This document shows, one piece after another, positions 48,863-61,864 of a DNA stretch of 64,000 nt; positions within the stretch are counted from its first letter, which is position 1; the number at the start of each line of letters is the position of its first letter. This DNA comes from Callorhinchus milii (taxonomy: Eukaryota): the NCBI RefSeq assembly GCF_018977255.1, contig NW_024704743.1, positions 65,970,001-66,034,000 on the forward strand. The letters are read 5' to 3'. The notes beneath the pieces were generated by a model. The model made no database searches and was not told the origin of the DNA. It saw only the letters and a list, made by a program, of their open reading frames with translations. A program made the position numbers and the translations under genes.

Positions 48863-50649
48863 AAGACACTTAAGGAAGACAAGAGTCGATGGACTCAATT
48901 ATTAAAGATTGGCAATTGCTTAACAGCACATAGAAATGGTCAAAATTTCACAAAGTTGTCTTTATTCAAGTGAAGAACAGATATAACATTAAATTCTTCC
49001 AATATCCGTATTTGAGGAGTGAATTTTGGTTTCCAGAGCATAAATAATAACTCATCACAAACTAAAAACTTTTACTAAGCCTGTTTAGTCATTTAGCACT
49101 GTGAATGTATTTTGGGACATCCTCCTGACATGAAAGTTGCTATATAAATGTATATTCTATTATATTGGATTTCAAAGTTCTTCACTTTTGTTTACAAAGA
49201 CACATGGTGGAAGATTACAATTGCAGAGCAGGACAATGATGAGAATTGAATACTGCGATACTATTTAGGGGTTCGCTTATCTACAAACATGTCAATATCA
49301 AAGTATGTCTTGGAACCTCGAGTGGAAGTCCAACCATGTTCAAAAGGATCTTATGACATTGGATGAGCTTAGAACTGAGTTTACATCGGCCAACAAAATA
49401 GAATATTGCAGCCTCATCATAATGCTGCTTGCATAATCTGTGGAAGGAAGCATGCTTGTATTAGAGTGCATTCCTGTTACACACATAACCTTCTTGTTAC
49501 AAAACGTTTACTTGCTTAAAAGAGAAAGATTTGCTTCATAGAAATGGACACACTAAAATATCGCCCTTTAAATTTTACAACAAGATCAATGATGCATGGT
49601 TCCACTGACTGTGTAACCACTTCTCCACTTTCATCTTATTTAACTTAAATGTTAAATGCAAATTTGAATAGTACAGAACTATGACTGATTCTAAATGAGC
49701 TATAAATGGTAAAAGAAAGCAGAACTACACATTTTCTTGGAATTTACAGCTCACACTATTCAATTAATGGGAACGAATAAAATGGAAGCAGATAGGAAAC
49801 AGTTATGTTGTTCCAACAAGGTCGGCTTATAAAACCATTTCTATTTCAGTCCAAAAACTGTAAAACACAGAACCTGGATACAATATTTTTACCTTCTGGG
49901 AAATTACACTTAAAAATATTCTGCTAACGGGAATCATAAAATTAGTGCCTAAAGAAACGGAGCTAGAGTTTTAACTTTTAAACCACTTAACAGAAATGTT
50001 CACTGTCAGGTATTCGCCCAAGAGGAAATGACTGTATCTCAGACTGTGTAAGAAATTCAGTACATAAAGAGGGAACAGTGGTTTAAAATTATCTTTTAGT
50101 GTTAGGGCCAAGTCATGCTAAGAATGTTGCGAAATCGTGGTCAGACCAATCTTTTTATTTTTTCAGGTATAATTGCAGCCAGAAACTGCCACACCACAGA
50201 GAAGAGATGGAAAAAAGCCTGGTGTTCTGGATCTTGTAGAATATTGCTGTTTGATATGTTTTCAAATCTGACTCAGTGCTGCTGCAATGTCAACGAGTTC
50301 AACCTCACATCCGCTCCAGTGACCACAGTTTGCATGTCATACAACGGCTGCATGGTGGAATTAAATTTTGGTTTCCCACATTATTTATAATTTTTCCACA
50401 ACTATTCCTTTTGATCTTAAACGTTTGAGTTGCTAGCTATAAATATAGAAAGGGCTAAGATGCCTCAAGCTGATGAAGATTTGAGTTTTCTGGTTGAATT
50501 TGGCAGGTACAAAATGTAAAACACATGTAAAATAGTGGTAGTTGTAAAATATCTGTGCTATTTGCGACTATTGGTTTGTATCTGAAATCACGATTCACAA
50601 ACAAATTCACTATAAGAAGTGCGATCCTGAAAATCCATCAATGTTTTAA

Positions 50650-50978
50650 TGATAACTTGCCTTTGATATAGCACATTTCACATCAGGAAGATCTTTCAAT
50701 GTTCCCCAAAGAGCCAAGAAGTGAATGACTTTTTTTATCAGGGGGTCAATGACCAATACACAGGAAGAAACGTTCTTCTCTTTTCAAATAGTGCCAAAGG
50801 ATCTTTAACGCCTGCTTGAACAAATAGGTCCTTGCTTATTGTCTCATCTGAAGAAAGGCACCTTCCACAGCACTGAGAGTCAGCATAACATGAACTATGT
50901 TAGCTCAAAGTCCCGATTGAACCCATAACCTTGTGACTCATTGGCAAGACTGCTAATAACGGAGCCAGATTGACACCA
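50650..50978 (-). mobile_element. Old Deu-SINE
   Basis: TTCAAATAGTGCCAAAGGATCTTTAACG...TGACTCA...TGCTAATAACGGAGCCA. Confidence 0.75.
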
Positions 50979-51615
50979 ACATAAACAGTGCCATTTTATT
51001 TGGACTGTTGTTGAACTTTGCATATAGCTATTTGGTTAGAAAAAAACTTCTGGAAGTCTTGAGAAAGGTCAGAAAGCAGAATGACAGAAGCAAAATGGCA
51101 ACTGTGATCATGATTTTGTTGGACATTTATTTTTAGCAAAAGTCAGCAAAATGGGCAATTTCAGGCACAAATCAAAAGTTGCAATTAGTGCAGTAACTTC
51201 CAGCTCGAGAATGCCTCATTTTAGACTCTCACATTGTCACTAAATCCTCCCAAGATCTGCACTGCGGGAGGAAAGGCTTACACTGGCACATGCATCACAT
51301 TATATGAATATCACACAACAGCTGTATGCTATTTGTAGCGAAGACACAGACCATCTGTAGAAGAGAAGTACTTTATTTCCAGGACTATGCATATACATAA
51401 TAGCCTCTTTATATTTAATATTGCAGTTTCAGACACATGCACGAGAACAGTCAGAATAAAATCTCACCGTTTAAGTTATGGGTTCACAGTGATGTCTAGT
51501 GGCCTTTTAAGATTGCATTAAATTACCACATATTGGGAATTCACTCAGAATTGACCATCATGAAATTGTCAGCCTGGCAACCATATAGAGGCAACCTTTG
51601 GTCAAGGCAAGCTAC

Positions 51616-51985
51616 AGTCCTGTAGCTCAGTAATCAGAGCATTCACCTTGCAAACGAGAAACCTGGGTTCGATTCACAGTAGGGAAAAATGTTGGGTAAG
51701 TTTCCTTACTCCACACGCCTCTGTTTACCTAGCAATAAGTAGGAACCCGCTTCTCAGTCGATTGGCGGATCGTTTTTCCGGAGGATAATAATTCCTTCAA
51801 AAAAAAATAATAAATTGGTCACTTCAATCCATGACTGTTTATGGGACACTGTGCGCAATTGGCTGCCATGTTTTGCCAACAAAATATACAGTCAATTCAT
51901 TTTACAGTACATTCTGTGAAGCACTTTGAGATGTCTTGAAGGTGTGCTGAGGCACTATATCAAATGCAAGGATTGTTATTATTAT
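51616..51985 (+). mobile_element. tRNA-Ala SINE, long form
   Basis: AGTCCTGTAGCTCAG...GGGTTCGATTC; internal block present; (ATT)n. Confidence 0.9.
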
Positions 51986-52173
51986 TTTTTTTTAAACAGC
52001 CCAACTTGTTTAACTTTATCTTGTAGTGCAGTTCCAGATAATTTATTCATTTTTATTGTTCCTACTATTCATTGCTAATGTCCTTTAAAAATAAATGAAT
52101 CATTCTTCTCCTAAATTAATTTCTTTAAAATTTCACTTTCTTCACCTTCAGGCAAAGTCCTATGAGACAGTTC

Positions 52174-52560
52174 AATGATGATGATGATAATAATAATAAT
52201 GATAATAATAATAATCCTTGCATTTGATGTAGCGCTTTTCACGTCTTCTCGATAAAAATAATCCTTGCATTTGATATAGCGCTTTTCACGTCAGGAGGAC
52301 GTCTCAAAGCGCTTCACAGAATATGCTATGAAGTGAATTGACTGTATATTTGTGGGTGAAACGCGGCAGCCAATTGCGCACAGCAGTGTCCCACAAACAG
52401 TCATGGATTGAAAATGACCAATTTATTGTTTTGTTTTGGAGGGATTATTATTAGGTGTGTGGAGTAAGGAAACTTGCCCAAGGTTTCGCCCTGCCTGGAA
52501 TTGAACCCAGGTGTCTCGCTTGCAAGGCGAGTGCTCTAATCACTGAGCTACAGGACTCCA
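52174..52560 (-). mobile_element. Young SINE, short form (52257-52560), plus a second tail (52174-52250)
   Basis: Full head to tail; AATCCTTGCATTTGAT...CTTTTCACGTC occurs twice. Confidence 0.9.
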
Positions 52561-54119
52561 AGAATAATTTGTTCCACATTAGAAAGGTACTATGCAAACA
52601 AGATTACAAAATCACGCATCTCAAAATACATCATTATTTCCTTATCGTTAATAATCAAGAATAAATTAGATCTTTTAGATCTTTATCCACAAATAAACAG
52701 TCACTACAGTCACTACATTGCAAGGATGATTATGATTATTATTCTTATCTTTGTGATTTTTGCAAACTTATGCTCTAGCATTGCATGACACAGTGTCAAC
52801 AAGCCTCGACACTGGTTCATCCAAATAATTTGTCTATGTGGAGATTGGACTTGTGGTACTAAAAGTTACTGAAGAAAGACTTCACACTTCAAAACTATGC
52901 TGACTGTTTAGATGATTAGATACTGTGTACATCAAAAGCTGAAATTTCACTTTGTCTTAACCGCTTAGACAAAATGGTCTTACAGGCTAAGATCATGTGA
53001 AATTTCAGACAAATATCGAATGCCATGATAGATGATTAAAAAGTCCACTCTATAGCTCTTTAAATTCCACTTGAGGAATTACCTCTTCTCTTCCAACTCC
53101 TTCTTTCATGCTCGACAAACAAGCAATCTGCAGCTCTCTGAGATGATATCCTGCTAAAAAGTGCTATATAAATGCAAGTTGTTGTTGATTAAAAAGCCTT
53201 TAAAATAATAGAATAAATGAACTTGTTAAAATCCAAAGAACTAAATCTGAAGAGATACAGACTATATGATAATTTGCCTCACAAATGCACAGTCACTATG
53301 CTTCACAGTAAATCCTGTGAAGCGCTTAAATATGGTGCAATGGTGCAATAAGGTGCTATATCACCTGCAAGGATTATTATTATTATATAATGTGGAAAGG
53401 AAACAGAGCTCCAAACATCCAAATTAGGGGGATTGAATCTCTGTTTGAACCGATATGTGCTGATGATAGTATCACCAGTAACAGTGGTGGGAAATTAACA
53501 GCTTGGAGAATCACTCAAGCAGAGACGGTATAAATATATTAAGTGTTGCATAGGGATGGAAAGTAACAAGCCTTCTGCTTTTATAGGGAAATGGACACCT
53601 CAGCTGTTACAAGAAAATCTCCCACTGAATTGCAGTTGATGGCGTACACTCATTGCCAGCTAAATGGAGTGGCATAACTTCTCACCTGCAATAATCAAAA
53701 TGCCGCAGGTTTAAAGATAAGGAGCAGAAGAGGTATTTATTGGTAGCTACCAGAATTTGAATTGATCTCCAGTACGAGGACGGTCAACTCAGATCAACTC
53801 AGGTTCAAGGAAAAATAAAATAATTCCACAATGTCCAGCACAAACTGAATCAATAAAGGAAAGTCAATTGCAGCAGTTTAGCTTTATATCACACTGTTCA
53901 CATAAAACAATCAAAAACTTTAAAATCAATATATTTGACACTTTGAGAGCAATATTTCATGTAAAACAGCAACAGGAAAAAAATACTGCAATAATTATTT
54001 CTGTTCTAAAATCTACAGATTTATTACCCAAAGGATCAATGTGATTCCAAAATTAGGGATTAATAGGGGCAAGTCAAAACCGTTGTATATGTGTTTACTT
54101 TAATGCGTCTCTCTTGTCT

Positions 54120-55270
54120 AAATTGTTAGTTAGACCACAGTTAGAATTGTGTCCATTTTTGGTGACTTCACTTTAGGAAATACTTCAAGCAATAGGGGGG
54201 GCACAGAGAAGATTTACTAGGGTGATACCAGGGATGAGTGGTTTGGCCTATGAGCAGAGACTGGAGGAACTGGGACTATTTCCATTGGAACAAAGAAGGA
54301 TGAGGGTCTTGAGACCTGTTAGAGGGCTTTAAAATTATGAGGAGTTTGTAGAGTTAATGAGGAGAAATTATTTCCACCAGTAGATGAGTCAATGACTGGA
54401 GGACATCAATTTAAGGTAGTTAGTAAATGGATAAATGGGGAGTTCAGGAGAAATGTTTTCACACAACAACAAAATTACATTTGTAAAGCACCTTTCACAT
54501 CGGGAGGACGTCCCATGGCACTGGACAGACAAAATTACGGACCCAAGCTGGGGGTGAGGGAGGTTGGAGGGCAAGGAAGAAGCAAGGAGATCGAAAGCAT
54601 GGTCGAAGAGGAGGATCTTGAGATGGGTCTTGAAGGAGGCAAGGGAGGGGGAACGATGGAGGGACTGCAGGATGGAGTTCCAGAGGGTGGGGGCAGAGTG
54701 GCAGAAAGCCTGCCCGCCGATAGTGGGGCGAGCAAGGTGGGGACATGAAGCAGGTCGGAGCCCACTAAGTGGAGGGAGCGAACAGGATGGTAGGGGTTTA
54801 AGAGGTCGCAGAGGTAGGGGGGAGCAAGACCATGGAGGGCTTTGAAGGTGAGGACCAGGATCTTGAACTGTATCCTCTGTGTGATGGGAAGCCAGTGGAG
54901 TTGGGAAAGGATGGGGGCGATAGGGTTGTGGAGCCTAATGCGTGAGAGGACACAGCCTGCAGAGTTCTGGATGATCTGCAGTCTGTGGGGGGAGGAGTTG
55001 GTGAAGCTGAGAAGCAATGAGTTTGCATAGTCGAGCCTCAATGTAATCTACACACAGAGTAGTTAGGATATGGAATGTTCTGGCGGAAGCAGTTGTTGGG
55101 GCAAAATCCATATTAGCTTTTAAAAGGGAACCAGATAAATAACTAAAATGGAGTAAGCTATAAAGATATGGGGAAAGAGCAGGTAAGTGGGACTGAAAGG
55201 ATTGTTCTTAGAAGAGCCACCACAGACATGATGGCCTGAATGATCTTCTGTGCTGTTAATGACTATTGTT
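54120..55270 (+). mobile_element. CR1 3' fragment split by an L2 insertion
   Basis: CVHFW-like, QRRFTRVIPGM and LEELGLFPLEQRR motifs, then RRNVFTQ; resumes at about 55048 with RVVRIWN. Confidence 0.85.
54463..55040 (-). mobile_element. L2 3' fragment nested in CR1
   Basis: ORF 54535..55041 RLDYANSLL...HWLPITQRIQFKILVLTFKALHGLAPPYL. Confidence 0.92.
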
Positions 55271-55414
55271 CTAATGGTATATTAAATCCATAGAGATTTT
55301 AATCAGCAAATTTAGCCAAATGTCTGCTCGAGTACATTGTTTAAAGAATCTTAGGGATCAATTTTGCACTATATTTTAATCGATTTGCTAATAAAGGCTA
55401 GTGGGAATCCACTA

Positions 55415-55800
55415 TTCAGATTCAGAAGGTAGTGTGTTCAAGCCCTGAGTTGGGTCTTTGAGCTCATAGTCCAGGCTGACATATCAGTGCAGTGCTGGGG
55501 TAATGTTACGTTGTTAGAGATGCCATATTTGAGGTGATAAGAGACATTGAACCAAAGTTCAATTTGCCTGTTCAAGTGGGGTCCCATGTCACTTTTCAAA
55601 AAGAGAATTTTCCTCATGAATCCTCCTGATAAAAAACTATTGGTTACTCACTTCACAGTTTGTAGCACATTGTTGTACGTAAATTGTTGCTGTGTTTGCC
55701 TACAAATAATCATGGCCCTTCACACTAAACTCTGGGAAATGATTTGAGATATTTCAATGTAATAAGGTGTTACATAAAATGCAAAGATTGTTATCATCAA
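55415..55800 (+). mobile_element. Old Deu-SINE
   Basis: ATTCAGAAGGTAGTGTGTTCAAGCCC...GAGACATTGAACCAAAG...; tail. Confidence 0.7.
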
Positions 55801-55908
55801 ATAACCATTGCCATAGGCATTGCACTACCGGAGGCCATTTGATCCACTGAGCCTATGCAGATGGTAGCTTTTCCACTGAAGTTATTGATTTGGCTATTAG
55901 ATTTGAAG

Positions 55909-55998
55909 TCAATTCACTTTACAGTATATTCTGTGAAGCGCTTTGGGACGTCAAGAAGACGTGAAAAGCACTATATCAAATGCAAGGATTATTATTAT
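55909..55998 (+). mobile_element. Young SINE tail
   Basis: GGGACGTCAAGAAGACGTGAAAAGCACTATATCAAATGCAAGGATTATTATT. Confidence 0.85.
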
Positions 55999-56349
55999 AT
56001 GTGATTTGCTAAATTTATCATAAATTTATATTTGCTTAATCTGAGCGTTATTAGAATTGATTATTTGATTTGTTATAGATTTGCGAATGTTTTATGCATA
56101 AATCAATTGAGCCTGATAATTCTTTGTTGCTGAGCCCTAAGAAGCAAATAATTCAGTTGAATATACGCAGTATGGCGAATGCATAGCCAATAGCACGCAA
56201 AGTGAATGGGTGGGCACAGGTGTTCAAGTTCAGTAAGTTTACATTTCAAGGTTAGCTGTTGTTGCTAATTGGGAATATATACTTTGTGGCTTGGCTACTT
56301 ATTCCTTACTTGGTTAACAGAGAATCTTCTTTCAGTTGATTAAGGAATT

Positions 56350-56636
56350 AACAATAATAATATTCCTTGCATTGATATAAAACCTTATCACATCATTGAG
56401 ACATCCCAAAGTATTTCATAGGATTTTACTGCAACTGTATATTTGTAGGTGAACACAGCAGCCAATTTGGATACAATTGTGCCATAAACAGCCATGGAAT
56501 AAGTGACCAATATTTATTTAGAAATTGTTGGCCAGGGCATCAGAAGAAACTCACTTATCTTTTTGAATAGTGCCATGGGATCTTTAATGTCCACCTGAGC
56601 AGACAGACAGATCCTTGGTTTAACATTTCATCTGAA
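56350..56636 (-). mobile_element. Deu-SINE, head missing
   Basis: TTTGAATAGTGCCATGGGATCTTTAATGTCCACCTGAGCAGACAGAC. Confidence 0.8.
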
Positions 56637-56919
56637 GAATGGTTGGTCACTGTGAAGTAAAGCAGGCCGTGGTTGGTCACTGTAGAGATGTGGAGATGGG
56701 TGAATATTAAGGAAATACCTTGGTCAACCACTGCATGGCTATTTGTGGGACAATGCTGTGTATGTAATGGCTGCCCATTCACCTATAACATACAGGATAA
56801 TTATTCATTATAGTATATCCTGTAAATCTCTTTGAGACATCCTCCAACATGAAAAGTGCTAAATATGTTATTATATTTTTATTATATTACAGTGGAAGCT
56901 GCTAAGCTGGACCCACTGT

Positions 56920-57250
56920 GACTGGCGGTTTTGTCTGGCTGAAGCAGTATCTGAGGTTTTATTACCTCTTCCCGCCCAGCAGATGAGTGGCGACACCTCC
57001 TCCCTCCCATTGTCGTTTCCATTGGACAGGAAGGGGAACAATTATTGGCGGCTCTGAGGTGATTGACGGTCTTGGAGCTGCTTGTGAATGGACGGGCAAT
57101 CCACCCGTTCATCAATCGTGATTTGACTCCTCCCATTCCTTCCGTTGTTTCTCCTCATTCCTCCGCTCTCCCCACTCCTCGCTGATTAACAGCTCAACTC
57201 CAGCGGCTTGTAAATGCCTGGAGTACACTTCAATCAATCGTGATTTGACA
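56920..57250 (-). promoter_or_regulatory. CpG-enriched promoter-like module
   Basis: Minus-strand order: CCGTCAATCA (57060-57069), 11 nt, CCAAT (57044-57048), CCAAT (57021-57025), GGGCGGG (56971-56977), TAATAAAA (56957-56964); about 14 CpGs in about 320 bp. Confidence 0.45.
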
Positions 57251-57849
57251 AATCTGAACAAATCTATAACCTTTCTATTCTAATCTTCCTCCTGGATTAT
57301 TCTGGTTTCACTGGAACAGAGATCCTGATATTTTATATCAGTCAGCTGCAAATGATATATACTCACAGATTTGCAACAATATTTGCACTTTTTAAGATGA
57401 AAACTGTTTGTTCTGGGAACAGACCACTTTCCCGTTCTCAGGTGCCCAACAGTGCCAGGTTGTCTAAACCACAGGATCATACCCACCCACTAGGAAATGT
57501 ATTATTTCCACCCAAACTCATTGCACATCAGCCAACAAAAAGAGGAGACTTTCATCCCTGATGGATTAAAGATGATTTCTTGATCCAGGCTTTATTTTTC
57601 CCCTACTCAAGAACACTGAGATAAATGTAACTGCACCTTTGATCTGTATTTATAGCACACCAACCAGCAACATTGGAAAGGCAGTGATTTTTAAAAATTA
57701 TATGATATACAACATACGGCCAAAAATGTATTAACTATATACGCTTGTTAACTCACTTACAGAAAATAATCAAGGCCTAATATCATTTCTGAAATACTGA
57801 AAAGAGACTTCTGTGCTACTATTACTTTGCTCCACTTTACCTGCAGGTT

Positions 57850-58140
57850 GGTAGGATGTCTCAAGTGCTTCACAGGATCCACTGAAAAGTGTAGTGACTG
57901 CATTTTGTGGACAAACACAGCAGTCAATCTGTGCACAGCAATCTGTCCCACAAACAGCCATGAGTGAATGACTGAATTTTTTTGAGAATTGTTGGCAAGG
58001 ATACTGGGAGAAACTCCCTTCCATTGTTGAACAGTGCTAAGGGATCTTTAAGATGAGCAGGTTAGCAGGACCTTGGTTTTAACATCTGATCTGAAGGATG
58101 GCACCCCCAACAACATAGCACTTCCCTAGCACTGTGAAGT
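57850..58140 (-). mobile_element. Old Deu-SINE
   Basis: CTCAAGTGCTTCACAGG...GTCCCACAAACAGCCATG...GGACCTTGGTTTTAACATCT. Confidence 0.8.
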
Positions 58141-58594
58141 GCTTTGAACCATTGTCCCGGTGTGAAAGACATGATAACAAATTCAAGGGTTATTGTTTTA
58201 ATTTTTTGATTGTGTCTGATGATGTTTTGAATCCATTCTTTATCTGGATTGAAACTCTTTACTGCAATTAATGTAATGATGATGACCATCAGAACTATTT
58301 TCAGATGTTTTTCCTTCCGTTGAAGGCACAAGACCATGCTTCTTCCTCTCACAACTCCCATTCATGAGGGCAGCTGAACCATCCCTGGACACAGCAAATA
58401 TAACATAGGAGCATAATCTACAACATTGCCCTACAAACTGGTGAAGCAGTTCACAAAGATGCTTTGCCAAGTATATAGTAGTTAATTTGGGACTTTAGAT
58501 ATATTTCTGGGAATTAATTTATTTAATCTGAGGTACTAATATCTGATATTAATTTAACTTCTTTGTGCAGGTTGTTAGCATATGCATGACTTTC

Positions 58595-59700
58595 AACAAC
58601 AGCAATTTGCATTTATATAGTACCCTTCACGCATGGTAGCATCCCGGTAGCATCCCGGAGCGTGGTAGAGTCTGACCCTGAGCCAGGGGGAGAGGGAGGG
58701 GGGAGGTGGCTGTAAGCATGATCAAAAAGGAAGGTCTTTAGGTCAGATTTGAAAGTGGGGAGGGAGGGAGCAAGACAGAGGGATAGAGGGAGAGAGTTCC
58801 AGAGTTTCGGGGCGTAGTGGCTGAAGGCACCGCCACCAATAGTGGAGAGGGGGGGATGAGGGACAAACAGGAGACCGGAGCCAGCTGAGTGAAGGCAGGG
58901 GTGGGGGAGTGGGGGATAAGTAGGTTCGATAGGTAGGGATGTGTGAGGGCATGAATGGATTTGAAGATGAGTGAGAGGATCTTGAGATCGATCCTTTCGG
59001 AAATTGGGAGCAAGTGGAGCCTGGCAAGGACTGTTGTGATAGGGGTACACAGATTTGTGCAGATGAGTATCTGGATGATGGAGTTTTGAATTAGTTGAAT
59101 TTTGTGTGCGGTGGAGCTGGGGAGACCAGTGAGGAGGGCATTGGAATAATCCAGTGGGGAAGTGACAAAGGTGTGGATAAGGGTTTTGGTTGCTTTGGTT
59201 GTGAGATACCGACGGATGCGGTCCTGATCAGGGAATGGATGTGGGGTAGAAAGGAAAGCTGGGGATTTAACCTGATGCCTGGGTTGCACATGGGTTTGGT
59301 GAGTCTGAGGGAGAGCCTGGGGAGGTTGAGTAGTTTAGACCCGCAGGAGAGAAGACATTGACGGGAGCCAAAGAATATGGCTGCAGGAAATTAGTGCTCA
59401 TCCAGGCCATGATGTCCGTCAAACAAGTTGACAGGACATGAGTGGACTAGGATTCACAGCTGGAGAAGTAGATTTGGATATCATTCACATACGTGTGGAA
59501 TTTGACCCCATGTCTGCAGAGGACATCAATGAGAGGGATCATGTAGACAAGGAAAAGAAGAGAGCCAAGGATGGAGCATTTGCATACCATGCAAGTGACT
59601 GGACAGGGGTGAGAGGAAAACCTTTTGCCGAGATGTACTGCTGGAGATTTGTTAAGTAGGACTCGAACCATGTGAGTGTGGAGGGGAGGGTAATTCACTG
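58595..59700 (-). mobile_element. L2 fragment of about 1.1 kb reaching the RT core; second subfamily tail
   Basis: SILGSLLFLVYM...HGVKFHTYVNDIQIY (degenerate YADD region); IRRYLTTKATKTLIHTFVTSPLDYSNALL; frameshifted. Confidence 0.92.
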
Positions 59701-60432
59701 GCAGGAGAATGATATCTTGCACCTTTAACATATAAAACTGGTTGTGATTTATGATGTAAGGTGGAAAGAATAAAAATGACCACAATGTTCAAATATAATT
59801 ATTATTTCAGGTTACCTCTTTCTGTAAGGATTTTTTTGGCATTAAATGTTTGACTTTTGTTTCATTAAGCAGATGGGAAAGGGTGTGTCTCAACTGCAGC
59901 AACAGAAAGAGGAAGGTACAGGGGTCACCTTACATCTAAAGGATGCCATGAATGGGCTGGAATCAGTTCCACTGGCTCACAACTTGCTTAAATATTAGAA
60001 ATGTTTCTATTTATCAAGCAAAATCTATGTAATAATTTATTTAAAATTATTATTTTTAAAAATGATGTAATGCTGCACATTTTTTAACATATAATAATCC
60101 ATAATAATTCTTACAATAAAATTTGATTTACATTTATATAGAGACTTTCACATTAGGAGGATGTCCCAAAAGCGCTTAACAGTTCTGGCTGGGTACTGGA
60201 ACTGAGGGTGGGATCCAAGGGTATGCATTTGATAAAGGGCCCATAAGATTGAACAACACTTTATGGTTAATTGTTGTTAAGTGTACTAACTTTGTATTTG
60301 CAGGCAAATACAGTAACCAATTTGTGCTTGATAATGCTCCACAATCAGTCATGAATCAGCATTTGGGTGATTGTGGTCAGGACACCAGGACAAACTCCCT
60401 TTTCTTTTCAAATGGTGCCATGGGATCTTTAA

Positions 60433-60685
60433 GAACAACAACAAAATTACATTTGTAAAATGCCTTTCATGTCAGGAGGACGTCCCAAGGTACTGAACAG
60501 TCAGGGATCAGAACCCCAGAGTGGGGGGGCAGTTGGGATGAGGGAAGGCAGAGAGGTAGGAGGACGACCAAAGGCATGGTCGAAAAGGAGGGTCTTGAGT
60601 CGTGCCTTGAAGGAGGCCAGGGAGGGAACAAGGTGAAAAGATTGCAGTTCCAAAGGGTGGGGGTAGAGAGGATGAATGCCCGGCT
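60433..60685 (-). mobile_element. L2 3' end nested in an old Deu-SINE (60280-60432 and 60690-60730)
   Basis: SINE core GGGATCTTTAA is broken by (CAA)n...CAGGAGGACGTCCCAAGG and resumes at CAGACAGGACCTTGGTTTAAC. Confidence 0.82.
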
Positions 60686-61344
60686 GCTGTTTAACACCCA
60701 GACAGGACCTTGGTTTAACTTCTCATCAAATTATTTTTGGTCATCACCATGTTTAAGAGTATCCAAACCAAACTGAGACCACCCTACTGTTAGGGCTTTG
60801 GCTTGCAGGGTTAACAGGAGAGGAGTGAGAAGAGTCCCTGTCCCCAGTCTGTCTCTCCAAGTTGTACTGATGAGACAGACTGGCTTTATGGCTGAGTTTA
60901 GTCTTTTGTAGTTGTTCTGAAGAGAAAGGAAAGGGGAGGGAACTGACAATGATACATTTTGTCATAGTCCCCATTTAATCCTTTAGCTTTGCAATGACTA
61001 AACAATTTTCATCAGCGGTAATCTGGAATATTGCAATACTGCCTGGATCTAAACCTCTGAGACCGTCAAAGAGAGTGGGCTCAATTCTGACATTCTATTG
61101 CCAAACATGTCACTTTGGAGCCAGTTCAGCTGCAAGGAGACACCGCTTACACCCCCACCCCCAACCACTCCCCCACCAGGAGGATAGACACTAGTTGGCC
61201 ATTTGACATCTGACAAGCATGCACTTGAACCTTGAATACATGGTTGGCAGGTACCAGATCTCCCTGTGAGCTTTCTGATGGGCACCACAGCTCAACATTG
61301 CCCCCATCTTCCTGTGCACAGTTTGGGCACACATCCCTTCCTAT

Positions 61345-61485
61345 TGAGCTACCACCTGTCTCACTGAAGGACATCACCTCTAACAATGCACTCCATATGC
61401 ACTGCACTTGAATATCAGCCTAGATTATGAGCTCAAATGACATGAAGTTTTAACTCATAATCTTGTGATGCAGACTACCAACCAT
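61345..61485 (-). mobile_element. Old Deu-SINE 5' part
   Basis: GGACATCACCTCTAACAATGCACTCC...TCAGCCTAGATTATGAGCTCAA. Confidence 0.65.
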
Positions 61486-61571
61486 CACCAATATCACCTA
61501 TGGTCTTTTAATGAACATTGATAGCATCCTGTATAAAGTTGTGGATTGCTTTTGTCACTCTGGATGTAATA

Positions 61572-61864
61572 TGGAGTCCTGTAGCTCCGTGATTAGAGCT
61601 CTCGCCTCGCAAGCGAGAGACCTGGGTTAGATTCCCGGCAGGACGGAACCTTGGGCAACTTTCCTTACTCCACACGCCTTATGATAATCCATCAAGAAAA
61701 AAAAAGAACAAGACTGTTTGTGGGACACTGCTGTGTGCAATTGGCTTCTGGGTTTCACCCACAAATATACAGTTAATTCACTTTACAACATATTCTGTGA
61801 AGCGCTTTGAGACGTCTAGAAGACATGAAAAGTGCTATATCAAATGCAAGGATTATTTATTATT
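61572..61864 (+). mobile_element. Young tRNA-Ala SINE, short form
   Basis: TGGAGTCCTGTAGCTC...GCAAGCGAGAGACCTGGG; hairpin variant GAGACGTCTAGAAGACATGAAAAG. Confidence 0.9.

Noticed and set aside
50115..50390. Cys-rich ORF after a good plus-strand acceptor at about 50166
   Set aside because: No recognisable motif, donor or partner exons
58738..59289. 183-aa ORF
   Set aside because: Frameshifted L2 ORF2 fragment
60867..60900. Hammerhead core CTGATGA (also at about 21339 and 50470)
   Set aside because: No stem II followed by GAAA in the required arrangement
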